Shown one piece after another: positions 1 through 13,129 of a DNA stretch of 64,000 nt. Location of the stretch: the NCBI RefSeq assembly GCF_009914755.1, contig NC_060929.1; one strand, given 5' to 3'. Within the stretch, counting starts at the first letter, position 1. Each line of letters begins with the position of its first letter. The notes below the pieces were generated by a model. That model was not told the DNA's origin, searched no databases, and saw only the letters and a list, made by a program, of their open reading frames with translations. This DNA comes from the human T2T-CHM13v2.0 reference genome, Homo sapiens. The translations under genes and the position numbers were made by a program.

Positions 1-19
1 TATGACTTAATGTCACTTA

Positions 20-293
20 CTCAGTAGACATCAAGATAGGACACTCTGGAACCCTCACCTCCAACCATGATAGTCTCTATCCGCTTTTCCTGTTCTGCTA
101 GTTTTCTTTAGCCCTCATTGCTATTTATCGTACTGCATATTTTATGTACTTTTTATATTATCTGAATCCTTCCCAAGAATATAAATTTCATGTGAGCAAG
201 AATTTTTGCTTTGTTTACTATTGTATCCCCAGTGCTTAAACCAGTGCATGACATGTACTGGGAATTTAATAAATATTTGCTGAATGAATGAAT
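20..293 (+). mobile_element. L2 LINE 3' end relic
   Basis: Ends in the typical L2 terminus '...tgtatccccagtgcttaaaccagtgcatgacatgtactggga..aataaatatttgctgaatgaatgaat'. Confidence 0.7.
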
Positions 294-439
294 AAAAGAA
301 ATTAGTACTGAGAATTTTAAAAGGTGAGATATTTAGAGCTATGTGCACAACACGAGCAAAGAAGCCCTTGGTTTCTATCTCCATGGTTCTCCTGTGAATG
401 AAGTTTTGGTTTTATGAAGTAGCAGCCTAATAACAGCAA

Positions 440-636
440 AAACAACTGAGTACCAATTATGTGCAGAAACTATCCCACATGCTTTATTCATTTCTTATTT
501 ATGCCATACAACCATGAGAAATAGCGGTTATTATCTCTGTTTTACAGATAAGGCTAAACAACTTGTTCAAAATCACCTTGCTAGCAGGTGATTGTGCTGG
601 ATTTAAAAATCAGTTCCATTTGACCCCAAAGTTCAA
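440..636 (-). mobile_element. MIR SINE relic
   Basis: 'ttattatctctgttttacagataaggctaaacaacttgttcaaaatcac...' resembles the reverse complement of the MIR core. Confidence 0.65.
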
Positions 637-1537
637 CATGTTTTAAAAACTATAATTACATGGGTTACTTTCTGGCTCTTCATTGGTGTTTTGGGTAATG
701 GGGGTATTAATGTAAGCAATAAACTAGGCAGAAAAACAGAATGATATGCCATTAAGCCTATTGAGTTCAGCATTTTCTTTATGTGAAAACTTCAGTATAA
801 TGCAATTTTAATACCATCTTTATTTGTGGGAAAATCTGAATAGCCAAAATATAGGGCAAGCATTGTTCTCACTTTTAATTGAAAATTAAAGGTTACCCTT
901 TATCAAAAGTTGCGTGCATGTAGCATTAGAAAACAGGTGGACTTGACCTCTTTTAGTGCAATATTTAGTTGTTAACCATGGAATTTTATTTAGTTCGAAC
1001 ATTTCTTTTACATTTAGGAGGCAATAAAAAAGCCCCCCTGCAGCTAATTTAATAACAGAGAATTCTCATGGATGTAATGCAAATATCTGCTGTGAGGCAA
1101 ACTCGCTTCATATTGTTTATTTAATTCTGCATTCATTTCACTGAATTGCAGTGTAATGGGATGCAGGGACTCCAACAATGGAAGAGAAAATTTGATAGGT
1201 ACATGTGAGAGAAAATTAATGGGCCATTTGTCATATATTCTGAACAGACACTGTGATTTTTGTTTTGAGCTTTGTAACGCATTCACTTTGGGATCATAAT
1301 AAGCAACATAGATCTCACTTAATTTACCAGATGCAATTTGGAACAATTTTTTTCTTTTAACACATTTTTAGTTATGTAATAAAATATGTTGATAGATTAA
1401 TATACTTTCTAACTTAAAACTTCAGTTTCTAGGTTAAAGAAAATGTTCACACTAAGTCACACATAGTTGACTGATTCAATTAACTAAGGATAATCCTTAT
1501 TCTGTTTATTTTATGAACAACTGACATAATGAAATCC

Positions 1538-1658
1538 TTTTTTTTTTTTTAAGAGTTGGGGTCTCACTATGTTCCCCAGGCTAGATTTTGACTTCTGGGC
1601 TCAATATCTCGACTTCCTGAGAAGCCGGGACTACAGGTGCACCCCACTGTACCTGGCT
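1538..1658 (-). mobile_element. Alu monomer (FLAM-like)
   Basis: Poly(T) followed by 'gggtctcactatgttccccaggct...gggactacaggtgcaccccactgtacctggc'; about 120 bp. Confidence 0.8.
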
Positions 1659-2289
1659 TATATTGAAACTTTGGTGAGGTGAGATATGGGAAACCACTTT
1701 ATAAATTAGAATTCTTATGTAAATGTAAAATGATAGTGGTTTTGCTACCATTGTTATGATTTAAAGGGATTATTAAATACTTTATCAACTTTGTATTTTC
1801 TTCAAAAAATTGATGGTTTTGGATTATAACATTCACCTTTTTGGGTTGTTTTTTAGTTAATGCAGAATTTCCTGAAGTATAAGTTAAGCCACTGATGAAC
1901 TTATACGATAGTACTGGTAACTGAGCAACATCTTAACCCTTATTCATATTGTATTTTTCACCATTTTATTTTGTTACTAAAATAACATTGATATTTACAA
2001 TTTATTATTTTTGTGGTTATAAACAAGTCAATAGTACACATTTCAGTGCATATATCTTTGCATATTTGTATAATTTCAGGCCAAATTTTCTCATTGAAAT
2101 GGTATCTAACTTACAAAGCTTTTGCCCAGAACCTTTCTGAGTTAAAATGGAATCCACTTTCTGTGGCTTCTCCCAAATTCTTCATTGGAATAATTTTAAA
2201 TCTATAAGAGGTTCATCTGAATGTCACATGCCACAATACATGGAAGTGCTAAAACTTATGTGCCTAAAAAGAAAAAGAGAAAAATACAT

Positions 2290-3180
2290 TTTTCTGTTAG
2301 TAATTTCTAATTTAATTGTATTGTGGTCAGAATTGTATGAACTGTGTCTTTGGTTTTATGGCCCAAAATATGGTCTATCTTAGTTAATGTTCTGTTTGAC
2401 TTAATAAAAATATTTATTCTGCTATTGTTGGGTGGAGTGTTCTGTAAATATCAGTTAGGTCAAGTTGGCTGATGCTGTTCAAGTTTTATATCTATATTGT
2501 TTTTTAGGGCTTGTATAACAAAGCACCACAAACAGTATCTTAAACTGATACTAGGGTTTTGGCAGGGCCATTTCCTTTGAAGATACTAGGGAAGGATCTG
2601 TTTCAGGCTTCTCTCCTAGCTTTTGGTAATTCCTTCTCTTTTGGTGTCATAACTCCAAATTTCACATGGTGTTATCCTTGTGTGCATGTCTCTGTGTCCA
2701 AATTTCCTCTTTTTAAAACCCAATCCGGGCTTACTGGTTTAGGAGTCTATTCTACTCCAGTATGACCTCGACATAACTAATAACATCTGTAATGACCTTA
2801 TTTCCAAATAAGGTCACATTCTGAAATATTGAGGGTTAGGACTTCACCATATAAATTTTTGGGAACATAATTCAATCCATAACAACATTCTTATTTTCTG
2901 TGTACTTTAACACATATTTTTGAGAGACAAAGATTGAAATCTCCACCTTTAGTTATGGATTTGTCTATTTCTGTTATCTACTGGCAGTTCTATCATATTT
3001 TGCCTCATGTACTTTGAAGCTCTGTTCTTAGGTGCATAAACTCTTAGAATTGTTTTGTCTTCTTATGAGTTAACTTCTTTATCGTTATAAAATAATTATT
3101 TATCTTTGTAATATGTTTCATTCTGAAATTGACTGTTAAATATTAATATAGACACTCAAGGTTTCTTTTGGTTTATGTTG
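2290..3180 (-). mobile_element. Old L1M fragment interrupted by an MLT1 LTR
   Basis: L1M-like text ('tgtggtcaga...tattctgctattgttgggtggagtgttct' and 'tactttgaagctctgttcttaggtgcata') lies on both sides of the LTR. Confidence 0.6.
2495..2886 (-). mobile_element. MLT1 (ERVL-MaLR) solo LTR
   Basis: 'ccttatttccaaataaggtcacattctgaaatattgagggttaggacttcacc...attcaatccataaca' is characteristic of an MLT1 LTR in reverse orientation. Confidence 0.75.
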
Positions 3181-3182
3181 GT

Positions 3183-3234
3183 GTCTGTCTATCTGTCTAT
3201 CTATCATCTGTCTACCTATCTATTAATCATCTAT
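3183..3234. repeat. Degenerate (TCTA/TCTG)n microsatellite
   Basis: gtctgtctatctgtctatctatcatctgtctacctatctat. Confidence 0.75.
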
Positions 3235-5985
3235 TTTTGTATCTAGATTTAAAAGGCATGGATTCCTGGAAATGTGTTGTCACATAGCTCTGTAAAAATT
3301 TGGTACACAATGTTTCAGTGTACACACTCCCCTCTGTGTGAAGGAACCTACCAACTTCGCTTAGGAGCCTCATCTGTTATTCTGAGCCAGACAGTACATG
3401 TGATGCATAAAGAAAAGACCTGGGAAGTCACGTGAGATATCCTAGACATCTTCCTCCTTCTACTTCTTGATTGTGTGCACCCATGAGATTACTAGTAAAG
3501 TCTGGTAGTGAGTAATGTCTCTGATTTGTGGGAGTCTGATCCTTTTGATAACTAATCCTTTGTATTTGCTCATATACTTAAATACCAACCAAAAGGATAA
3601 TTTAAAATTTTTTATAAAGTTTTTATTTCAAGGTCCCATTTTGCTTGGTAGTAGCTGAGGTAAAAGGCTCAGAGAATGGTAGAGGAACATAAACTTGCCA
3701 ATTAAGGATTTATTACCCTCTTCAGATTTAAAACATATCCATAACTAACCTAAACTGGTAATAGTTATTCCCTTCAAAGTTCTAATCCTTATTGAGTCTG
3801 TTATTCTGTTCCCCCTTCTATATTCTAACTTGGCTTCTGGAGGTAGGAGGAAGTTTAACTTGTCCTCATTGAGATGAGGAAAAGGTGATTTTTCCGCATG
3901 AGGGTTCCCTGCTGTCATCTGGGTTCTCTCTTGTCTTGCCCAGTCAGTGTGCATTCGTTGACATGTGTTACTGTGTTTTGGGCTGGTGACACTCATCTTG
4001 TGGTCACTCTACAAGGTCAGTGACCAGGGGGTGGCTGTTTTCATCTGCTGACCTCACTTCATCTTGGAACCTGCTATTCCTGCAGGTTCTCTGAGACCCA
4101 GCCATGAATCACCTCATCCCTTTCCATAATGGCCCTATATCAGGCCCACCGGCTTCAACTCAGCTATATTTCTGGTCCAGAGCATGTGTGAGTGCTTGAA
4201 GATTTTTCATTATCCATGGAACCAAGCGAGTCTCTGTGGGTGGGATGCTTTCTTCAACCCTCTTTCTACCCAGATGTTACCCACCTAATTTCTATTTTGG
4301 CACAGTTGTTCCAAATTGTGGCAGATGCTTTTCTCTTAGAATCTCTAATGGTAACCAGTGGGACAAAGCCTGTCTAATTTCAGCTAAACTTTCTCATGCT
4401 TTGATGTCATTGCCTCTTAATAAGTGATCTCTAAGGCAGTAATAAGAAGCCTGGCATCCCACCTTTTTCTCCAGTCTTGGCACGTCCTACCCCTACCCCT
4501 TTCAGCTTGTCTTGAACGTCTCCTTTTTTGCTCATTTGAAGGAAATTATTTATGACATAAACTTTTTCTTTTTTATTTCATGATCTTCTTGTGAACCCAC
4601 CATCAGCTTCCTAGTGCAATAGACCTCAAGGCTAATGCCTAATAATTGAGTCCTGCAGGGGACATGGTTTATAGGGTCATGAACCATAGATTGGTTTAAT
4701 ATTTACAAAACTATTGTCTCCATTATGCAAACCAACAACAAATTGAACCTACAGAAAATCAGATAGTATTCATATTTTGCTGATAACACTTCTAGGGATA
4801 TTGGAACTGAGTGAAGTTGCAGAAATGAGTTGTCTTTTGAAAAATTGCCTAGAAGGAGGGGCCAGAGGATGGTGAAAAGGACAAGGCAATTAAATGAGAT
4901 AACAGGGTTCTGCTGATTCCCTGTATTCACAAAATACATATCATAGCTTATTTCATTCATCTTTTCAAGAAGATCATAGGTTAGATTTTAAAAAAAATCT
5001 ACTTTATATATGAAGGACCAGAGAAGAAAGTTACAATAAATGTGACAGGGACAGAATGTGGTCCACAAATGCCCATTTTGTGAATCTCAAACCTGTGTTT
5101 ATTCTACCAAATCATTTTATATGTGCTAGAAAAGACCCCAGGCTTAGTCTACAAAGACTACAGACAGTCTCTTATATACCTCACTAACATCAGGGCAAAG
5201 GAGTAGATAGGCTGTTATGCTTTCTGTGAATTTTTTCCCATTTAAGTTATGCCTCTTCACATCTTTTTTTTCTGATTAAAATTCTGTCAATAGACACATA
5301 GGTAGGGAGACTATTCCTGAGTGGTGCATGCCTCTAGAAAAACAAACCTATAAGTGAGATAAAGTTTAGATTTCATAAAGGAGATATCTATAAAGGTACA
5401 TTGGTGTTTTGGGAGAAACAAAGTGAAAATATTTTTAGCCTAGAGTTTCTTGGATGCTTGAAAATATGGTGCTACACAAACTTAGACTGGGCTCAACAAT
5501 TCCAGAGACTGTGATCTAAATCAAAAGGCATTTTGATAGCTTATGGATTTTTTTCTTCCCTGAAACTGTTTCAAGCCATAGATTTGAAAAGAAATTTCAC
5601 ACAGGTATGATTATCACAGCATCAATAAACTGTTATCTCTATAGAATGGCAATAGGCAAGTCATGTTTTGTGAGACCAGGTTCTTCAACATTAAGAGATA
5701 TCAGAGGCCAGTGTGAGAAAGCCGACTTCAAAATATGGGATATGATAGATGATAAGTGGTTCATGAGGAAGTCTCACCAACATTAACTTTACCAAGTTTG
5801 CTTAAATGTAAATAAGATGGCTTTATATTGAATGGCTTGAAATAGGAGTTTTTGTCTTTCCTCCATTTTTAATTTAACAAGAAAATATAGCTGTGTCAAC
5901 GAAAATGTCACCACTTGAAGCAATAGCTTCCACATTTTCCCAATTGCACCTCTTATCAGTAAAATATTTTAAAAAACGCATCTCT

Positions 5986-6292
<307 letters not shown>

Positions 6293-7000
6293 TTACTTTT
6301 ATTTATTTTAAAGTTATATAGTGAGTGATTGTATGTTATAGAAAGCACACACAAATAGAAATTTAAAGTAAGTAAAATAAATGAAAATAAAATGAATAAT
6401 ATTTAAAAATTAAGGATTTAAATGTCTAATAAATATTTTGCTTTCACTGAAAATACTAGTATCACTATTAATAGGTGTAGAGTACATTTCATTTGAAAAA
6501 TTTGGATTAAGGCTTTGTGATTCAGTTATTTGAAGGTCTGATTCTAAGGTGGGTTTATTTCAGTACCTATTACAATAATAGGTGTCATAATTGATAAAGA
6601 CAACTCACAAAACACCAAAATAAAAATAGATTGGCTGTGTTTATTAATCATAGAATTCATGAAAAACTCATCTATCAATTTTGTGAGTTTTAAAATTAAA
6701 AAGTACTAAATTTTCACATTTCTTGATATTAACACATGTTTTTGGCATACCAATTAAGAATTGTTGTTCAAAAAAATTGTCATCTCATATTAAAACAAAA
6801 TAGTTATAAAATATTCTTAGCCTTTTTATTTGCAGAATTTCAAACCATGTTTAAAAATTGGTTCTAAATTTTTGGGGAGTGAATATGTGAGAATTTCACG
6901 TTGTATACATATTCATTATTTTTAGCAAGAAAATAATCTAAGAATGTAAACATTCCCAGGCATTCATTTTTTTTTTTTTTTTTTAGCAAGAAAATCACCT

Positions 7001-7297
7001 GGCTGGGTGCAGTGACTCACGTAATCCTAGAACTTTGGTAGGCCAAGGCAGGATGATCACCTGAGGTCAGGAGTTCGAGATCAGCCTGGGCCACATGGTG
7101 AAACCCCATCTCTACTAAAAATATAAAAATTAGCCAGGCGTGGTGGCACATGCCTGTAATCCTAGCTACTCAGGAGGCTGAGGCTGGAGAATCGCTTGAA
7201 CCCAGGAGGCGGGGGATGCAGTGAGCCGAGATCATACCATTGCACTCCAGCCTAGGCTATAGAGTAAGACGCTGTCTCAAAAAAAAAAGAGAGAGAA
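7001..7297 (+). mobile_element. AluS (Sx-like) element
   Basis: Full dimer with A tail; TSD aagaaaatcacct (6988-7000) / aagaaaatcatct (7298-7310). Confidence 0.95.
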
Positions 7298-7956
7298 AAG
7301 AAAATCATCTAAGAATGTAAGCATTCACAAGCATTCATTTTCAAAATGCTCTATTTTATTTTGAAAAAGAATTGGTCTCTTACTTGTTAAAGCGTCAGCT
7401 TGACCGTGAAGAGATTTATTAAATATGTTTACTTTGTCAAAAAATTTGCTTGAGAGAGATTACTTTATCCATTAAAGATGAGAGATTTTGGAACTTTGTT
7501 TTTTGAGAAAAGAATGAGGCTTTACACTTATATAAGTTGATAAATCTTAAGTACTTGGCTTGAGCTAACTAGTGAACCTGTTGTGGTAGAAAGAATTTTC
7601 TGGTTACTTCTCATGTCATTACAGAATACTATAAATATCCTACTATTTAATATTCTTGTTTTTATAAACATAATAACATGATGATATTCCAAAGCAAGTG
7701 ACTATAATAGATCACAAAGCCTGTTAGTCAATGAATTTGGGAGGACAAAAATCATCAAACTCTCTCTCTGATATAAAATTTATTCCCCCAGGTTACTTCA
7801 CAGCAGGGTGCGTGGATCAACCCATATATTAAATATGACTCAAGTTATTTTCTATTTTTATTTTTAGACAAGAAAAACATAATTAAGAAATTAAAATCCC
7901 AGTGGATTATTATAAATACCTGAAAGTATCCACTCCTTTGGAGATCATAGTACTAA

Positions 7957-8160
7957 AGTGGCGGTTTTCAAACTTTAGTGTATATTTAGTGTATATAAGA
8001 ATAATCTAGAAAGAATATTAAAATGCAGATTTCTAGGCCCCATCCAAAGCGATTTTGATTTAACAGGTCTAAAGTATAACTTGGAAATCTATAATTTTAT
8101 CAATCATCTTAGATATTTCAAATGTAGCTTCTTAGTAGAAAACACTTTGAGAAACCCAAA
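7957..8160. mobile_element. MER5-like hAT-Charlie DNA transposon relic
   Basis: Ends 'gtggcggttttcaaacttt...cactttgagaaacc' with internal 'aaaatgcagatttctaggccc'. Confidence 0.7.
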
Positions 8161-9586
8161 CTAGAGGGACTGTAATAATTTTTTAATATTCCTTATGGCA
8201 GCTTCCTTGGTTTAATATTGTCAGCACATTGAAGTTCAGTTTGAGACTCTGCCTAAATATTCAAGAAATAAAATGCAGCAAACAAGTAATGGCTCATTAG
8301 TGTATTTAATTAGAAAGCTATAATTAGTAGTTAAAATTGCCAACATAAATATTACCACCATGTAACCATCTAATTTGTGCATATTAGTTAATGGTTTATA
8401 TTCCCAGATGTCAGATAAGGACCCCATCCTGTAACCTCTTAAGATAAAATTTCCTCAAGCTTCCCCTTTGTAGGCATGCATTTCAGATAGGCCGCCCCAC
8501 CACAGAGCAGGCTTCATGAGGTTGGGTGGAGACATCGTGAGGTGATTGCAAGAGGGGAGAGTGGCAGCACACTCAGGTTCACAGAGGAGAAGCTGAGGAG
8601 CTGACTGCTCTGAGCTGTTCTGTTTCCTAGGGCTGTGCTCTGCGTCTGTGTGTATTGTGACCTTGTGGCTCCACCTCTTCTGGATGCTGCTACAGCAGAG
8701 GCCTGGATCCAGGCCCTTCCCTGTGACTTAATATGCTCCATCACCATCAGGTGGCCCTCTGAACCCTGGTAACCTCCTCTCCCAAGAACAGACAGCCTGT
8801 CCCCAGATATCCCAGTAGTGATGAGTAACTTCTTTAGTTTCCATTGCTGAGTCAGGGCTTTCTTGTCTCCTCCTGGGCAGGTCCAGCCTTGGTCTCTTGG
8901 CAGGGCACCAGCTTTGCTGATTGCTCTCCAGCTCACCATGTGACTGATGCCAAAGTTGTGGTGTACTGTGCCCAGCAGAGCCCTGGGAGCCACTGCTACC
9001 TTCAGAGAGGTTCCTTGCTGAGAAACAAAGTGCTTCACCTCCCCCACCATGGCTGCTTCTGGCTAAACCCAGTCTTTTGCCATGCTAGAGCTGGAGCTGT
9101 TGCCCTTCTCCTGAGGAGAAACTGGGGTGAGGAGGGAGAAGTCCTGTTCCTAAGTGTTGCCATTGTGGCTTTTCTTGCCTTCTCCAAAAAAGTGCTGCCA
9201 GATCCCAAGAAAACTTTTTCCAGAACATTAGTCTGGGTAGATTTCTTGAGTAATACCCCAAAAACACAGGCAACCAAAGCAAAATGGGATCACAAGTTAA
9301 AAACTTCTGCCTAGCAAAGGGAAGAATCAATATAGTGAAGAGACAACCCACAGATGGGAGAAAATATATGCAAACTAACCATCTGAAAAGGGGTTAATAA
9401 ACAGACTATATAAGGAGGTCAAACAACTCAATAAGAAAAATTGATTGAAAGATGGGCAAAAGGTGTGAATGACAGTTCTCAAAAGAAGACATACAAATGG
9501 CTAACAAGTATATGAAAAGATGCTCAGTATCATTGATAATCAGATAAACAGAAATCAAAACTACAATGAAGTACCATCTCACCCAG

Positions 9587-9939
9587 TGATATGGTTTGGC
9601 TCTGTGTCCCCACCCAGATCTGATCTTGAATTGTAATCCCATAATTTCCAAGTGCTGTGGGAGGGACCCAGTGGGAGATAACTGAATCATGGGGGCATTT
9701 CCCCCCCATACTGTTCTCATGGTAGTGAGTAAGTCTCAAGGTAGTGAGATTTATAAGGGGTTTCCATTTTTGCTTTTCTGTCATTCTCCCTCTTGCCACT
9801 GCCATGTAAGAAGTGCTTTTTGACTTTTACCATAATTTTGAGGCCTCCCTAGCCATGTGGAACTGTAAGTCCATTAAATCTCTTTTTCTTCCCAGTCTCT
9901 GGTATGTTTTCATGAGCAGTGTTAAAATGGACTAATACA
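9587..9939 (+). mobile_element. THE1 (ERVL-MaLR) solo LTR
   Basis: Runs TGATATGGTTTGGCTCTGTGTCCCCACCC...GGACTAATACA, 353 bp; perfect 5-bp TSD cccag (9582-9586 / 9940-9944). Confidence 0.93.
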
Positions 9940-10114
9940 CCCAGTTAAAATGGCTTATATCAAAAAGAAAGTCAATAACAAATTGTGGAGAGGATGGTTA
10001 GAAAGGGTAAACTTTGCTCATTGTTGGTGAGAATGTAAGCTAGTACAACCACTATAAAGAACAGTATGGAGGTTCCTCAAAAACCTAAAAATAGAACTAC
10101 CATATGATCCAGCA

Positions 10115-11208
10115 TATTGGTGGAACCTGCCCCCAATATTTCAATGTAGGTTCTTTCTATTTTCCATAAGTGTTGACTGGCTGAGAAATAAAGAGAGACA
10201 GTATAAAGAGAGGAATTTTACAGCTGGGCTGCTGGGGGTGACATCACATATTGGTAGGACCGTGATGCCCACCTGAGTCTCAGACCAGCAAGTTTTTATT
10301 AAGGATTTCAAAAGGGGAGGGGGTGTAAGAACAAGGAGTAGCTACAAAGATCACATGCTTCAAAGGGCAAAAAGCAGAACTGCTAATATGGGTCTAACAA
10401 AGATCACATGCTTCTGAGGGAACAGGACAAAGGTCAACAGCAGAACTACTGATAAGGGTCCAACAAAGATCACAGGGCAAAGGGCAAAAACAGAACCACT
10501 GATAAGGGTCTATGTTGAGTGGTGCACATTATTGTCTTGATAAACATCTTAAACAACAGAAAACAGGGTTTGAGAGCAGAGAACCGGTCTGACCACAAAT
10601 TACCAGGGTGGAGTTTCTCCCCACCCTAGTAAGCCTGAGGGTACTGCAGGAGACCAGGGTGTATCTCAATCCTTATCTCAACTGCATAAGACAGACATTC
10701 CCAGAGTGGTCATTTATAGACCTCCCCCCAGGAAGGCATTCCTTTCCCAGGGTATTAATATTAATATTCCTTGCTAGGAAAAGAATTTAGTGATATCTCT
10801 CCTACTTGCACGTCCATTTATAGGCTCTCTGCAAGAAGAAAAATATGGCTCTTTTTGCCCGACCCCGCAGGCAGTCAGACCTTATGGTTGTCTTCCCTTG
10901 TTCCCTAAAAATCATGTTATTCTGTTCTTTTTCAAGGTGCACTGATTTCATATTGTTCAAACACACATGTTTTACAATCATTTTGTACAGTTAACACAAT
11001 TATCACAGTGGTCCTGAGGTGAAGTACATCCTCAGCTTATGAAGATAACAAGATTAAGAGATTAAAGAAAAGACAGGACTAAGAAATTATAAAAGTATTA
11101 TTTGGGAACTGATAAATGTCCATATTAAAATGAAATCTTCACAATTTATGTTCCTCTGCTGTGGCTCCAGCCCTTCCCTCCATTTGGGGTCCCTGACTTC
11201 CCACAACA
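10115..11208 (-). mobile_element. MER11C-like solo LTR (HERV-K11, ERVK)
   Basis: Minus strand starts TGTTGTGGGAAGTCAGGGACCCC...CATAAATTGTGAAGATTTCATTTTAATATGGAC; about 1.09 kb; perfect 6-bp TSD ccagca (10109-10114 / 11209-11214). Confidence 0.9.
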
Positions 11209-11857
11209 CCAGCAAACCTATTTCCAGGTATATACCCAAAATAAAGGAAATAAGTATATTAAAGAGATAGTTGCACTCCCATGTTTATTGCAGCACTATT
11301 CACAATAGTCAAGATTTGGAATCAACCAAAGTGTCCATCAAGGAATAAATGGATAAAGAAAATGTGGTATGTATACACAGTGGAGTACTATCCAGTCATA
11401 AAAAGAATGAGATCCTTTCATTTGCAATGACATGGATGGAACTGGAGGTCGCTATGATAAGTGAAATAAGCCAGGCACTTAAAGACACACTTCACTATTC
11501 TCATTCATTTGTGGGAGCAAAAAATGAAAACAATTGAATTCATGGAGATGGAGGAGAACGATGGTTACCAGATGATTGGAAGGGTAGTGGGGTGGGGAAG
11601 TGGGGGATGATTAATGAGTACAAAAATATAGTTAGACAGAATGAAGAAAATATAGTATTTGATAAAACAACAGGGCGATTACAGTCAACAATAATTTATT
11701 GTAAATTTAAAAATAACTAACAAATGCTTGAGGTGATGTATACACCATTTACCTTGATGTGATTATTGCACATTGTATCCTTGTATCAAAATAGTTCATG
11801 TTCCCCATAAGTATATATAACTACTATGTACTCATAAAAAAAATAAAAATTAGAAAA

Positions 11858-12945
11858 AGATAATGAAAACATAAGCTGCAGACTGAGAGAAAATATTTGC
11901 AGAAAACATATATGTTAAAGGACTCTTACTCAAAATGTACAAAGAACTCAAAGCTTAACAGTAAGAAAAACAAACAATCCATTTACAAAATGAAGATCTT
12001 AATAGACACCTCACCAAAAAAGATATACAGATGGCAAATAACATATGAAAAGATGCTCCAGATAATTTGTTGTCAAGGAAATGCAAATTAAAACAACAAG
12101 TAGATACCATTATACATTTATTAGAATTGCCAAAATTCAGAACACCACCAACACTAAATGCTGGCAAGGATGTGGAACAACAGGAACTCATATTCATTGG
12201 TAATGGGAATGCAACAACCTGGTACAGCAACTTTGGGAGACTGGCAGTTTGGCAATTTCTTATAAAAGTAAACATATTCTTACCATAAGGCCCAGCAATC
12301 ATGCTCCTTGATATTTACCCAAAGGAGCTGAAAAGTTATGTCTACAGAAAAACTTGCACATGGATGTTTATAGTAGCTTTATTCATAATTGAGAAAAGTA
12401 GGAAGCAACCAAGATGTCCTTATTTAGTGCTAAGAAGACAGAAGCTACCAAGCCATGGAAAGACATGGAGGAAACTTAAATCATATTACTAAGGAAAATA
12501 AGCCAGTCTGAAAAGGCTATATATTGTATGAGTCCAACTATATGACATTCTGGAAAAGGCAAAACTATGGAAACAGTAAAAGGATCAGTAGTTGCCAGGG
12601 GTTGAAGGGAGGGAGGAATGTATAGGTAAAGCATAGAGGATTTTCAGGACAGTGAAACTATTATGTATGACACTATAATGGTGGATACATGTCTTTACAA
12701 GCTTGTACAATCCCTCAGGATGGACAACACCAAGTGAACCTCAATGTAAACTATGGTTTTTGGGTAATAATGATGTCTCAAGGTAGATTCATCACTTGTA
12801 GCCAATGGACCACTCTGGTGGGGAGTGTTGATTATGGGGGAGTCTATGCATGTGTGGAGACAAGGGGCATATGGGAAATCTCTTTACCTTCTGCTCAATT
12901 TTGCTGTGAACTTAAAACTTCTCTAAAAATAGAGTCTGTTAAAAA
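11858..12945 (+). mobile_element. L1MC1/2-like 3' fragment
   Basis: Ends 'ccactctggtggggagtgttgattatggggg...ctcaattttgctgtgaacttaaaacttctctaaaaatagagtct', typical of the L1MC 3'UTR. Confidence 0.8.
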
Positions 12946-13129
12946 CATGTGTGGTCAAGATTCTCTGATGGAAGTAAGTTTGGTTTTACTGATTCTTACT
13001 AATCTGTGGAACTGGCACATAGCCCTAATTGTTGTCAGACCTATTTAGAATGTGAAGTATTTGATACCAATCTGTCCTCAACTTTGGGGTCAAGTCATTC
13101 ATTTTTGAGCAAAATAAAAGTTTTATTCA

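Larger units (their letters stand above)
9207..11857 (+). mobile_element. 5'-truncated L1MA (L1MA2/3-like) split by two LTR insertions
   Basis: ORF2 3' end (TPKTQATKAK) and the L1MA 3'UTR ('aaatgcttgaggtgatg...ctactatgtactcataaaaaa') resume colinearly across the THE1 and MER11C insertions. Confidence 0.85.

Noticed and set aside
10350-10510. Internal repeats 'aacaaagatcacatgcttc / gcagaactactgataagggtc'
   Set aside because: These are intrinsic tandem subrepeats of MER11 LTRs.
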